DNA of 64,000 bases from Centroscyllium fabricii. Lineage: Eukaryota. This document shows positions 63,981-64,000 of the stretch, piece after piece (position 1 is the stretch's first letter; each line of letters opens with the position of its first letter). The position numbers and the translations under genes are program-made. The stretch lies in assembly GCA_051313645.2 (NCBI GenBank), contig JBNRSN020000069.1:372001-436000 (forward strand), written 5' to 3'. The notes below the pieces were generated by a model, which saw nothing but the letters and a program-made list of their open reading frames with translations, was not told where the DNA came from and searched no databases.

Positions 63981-64000
63981 ATGTAACGGGGTGTGGTGGA

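Noticed and set aside
63981-64000. Possible start of another LTR (tgtaacgggg)
   Set aside because: Only 20 bp are visible at the window edge.

Overview
Vertebrate genomic window, very probably from a shark or other cartilaginous fish (HE1-type V-SINEs, SacSINE1-type DeuSINE, shark-type CR1). It contains one protein-coding gene, the two-exon CUT-homeobox gene ONECUT1/HNF6 on the minus strand: exon 1 CDS 32666-31581, an intron of about 10.2 kb, and exon 2 CDS 21406-21114. The gene has a probable ~5 kb 3'UTR rich in miR-9 sites and a CpG-island promoter with CRE and ETS motifs. Exon 1 carries one apparent frameshift in a C5 run. The rest is transposon-rich non-coding DNA (CR1/L2/Tx1 LINE fragments, SINEs, LTRs, MITEs) with three N gaps. 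The most striking non-gene signal is about 14 short insertions of two families, mostly fold-backs with target-site duplications (TSDs) typically of 11-17 bp. Many carry minimal type-I hammerhead ribozyme cores whose stem II covaries, as expected for Penelope-like non-autonomous elements. All coordinates were read by eye and repeat boundaries are approximate.
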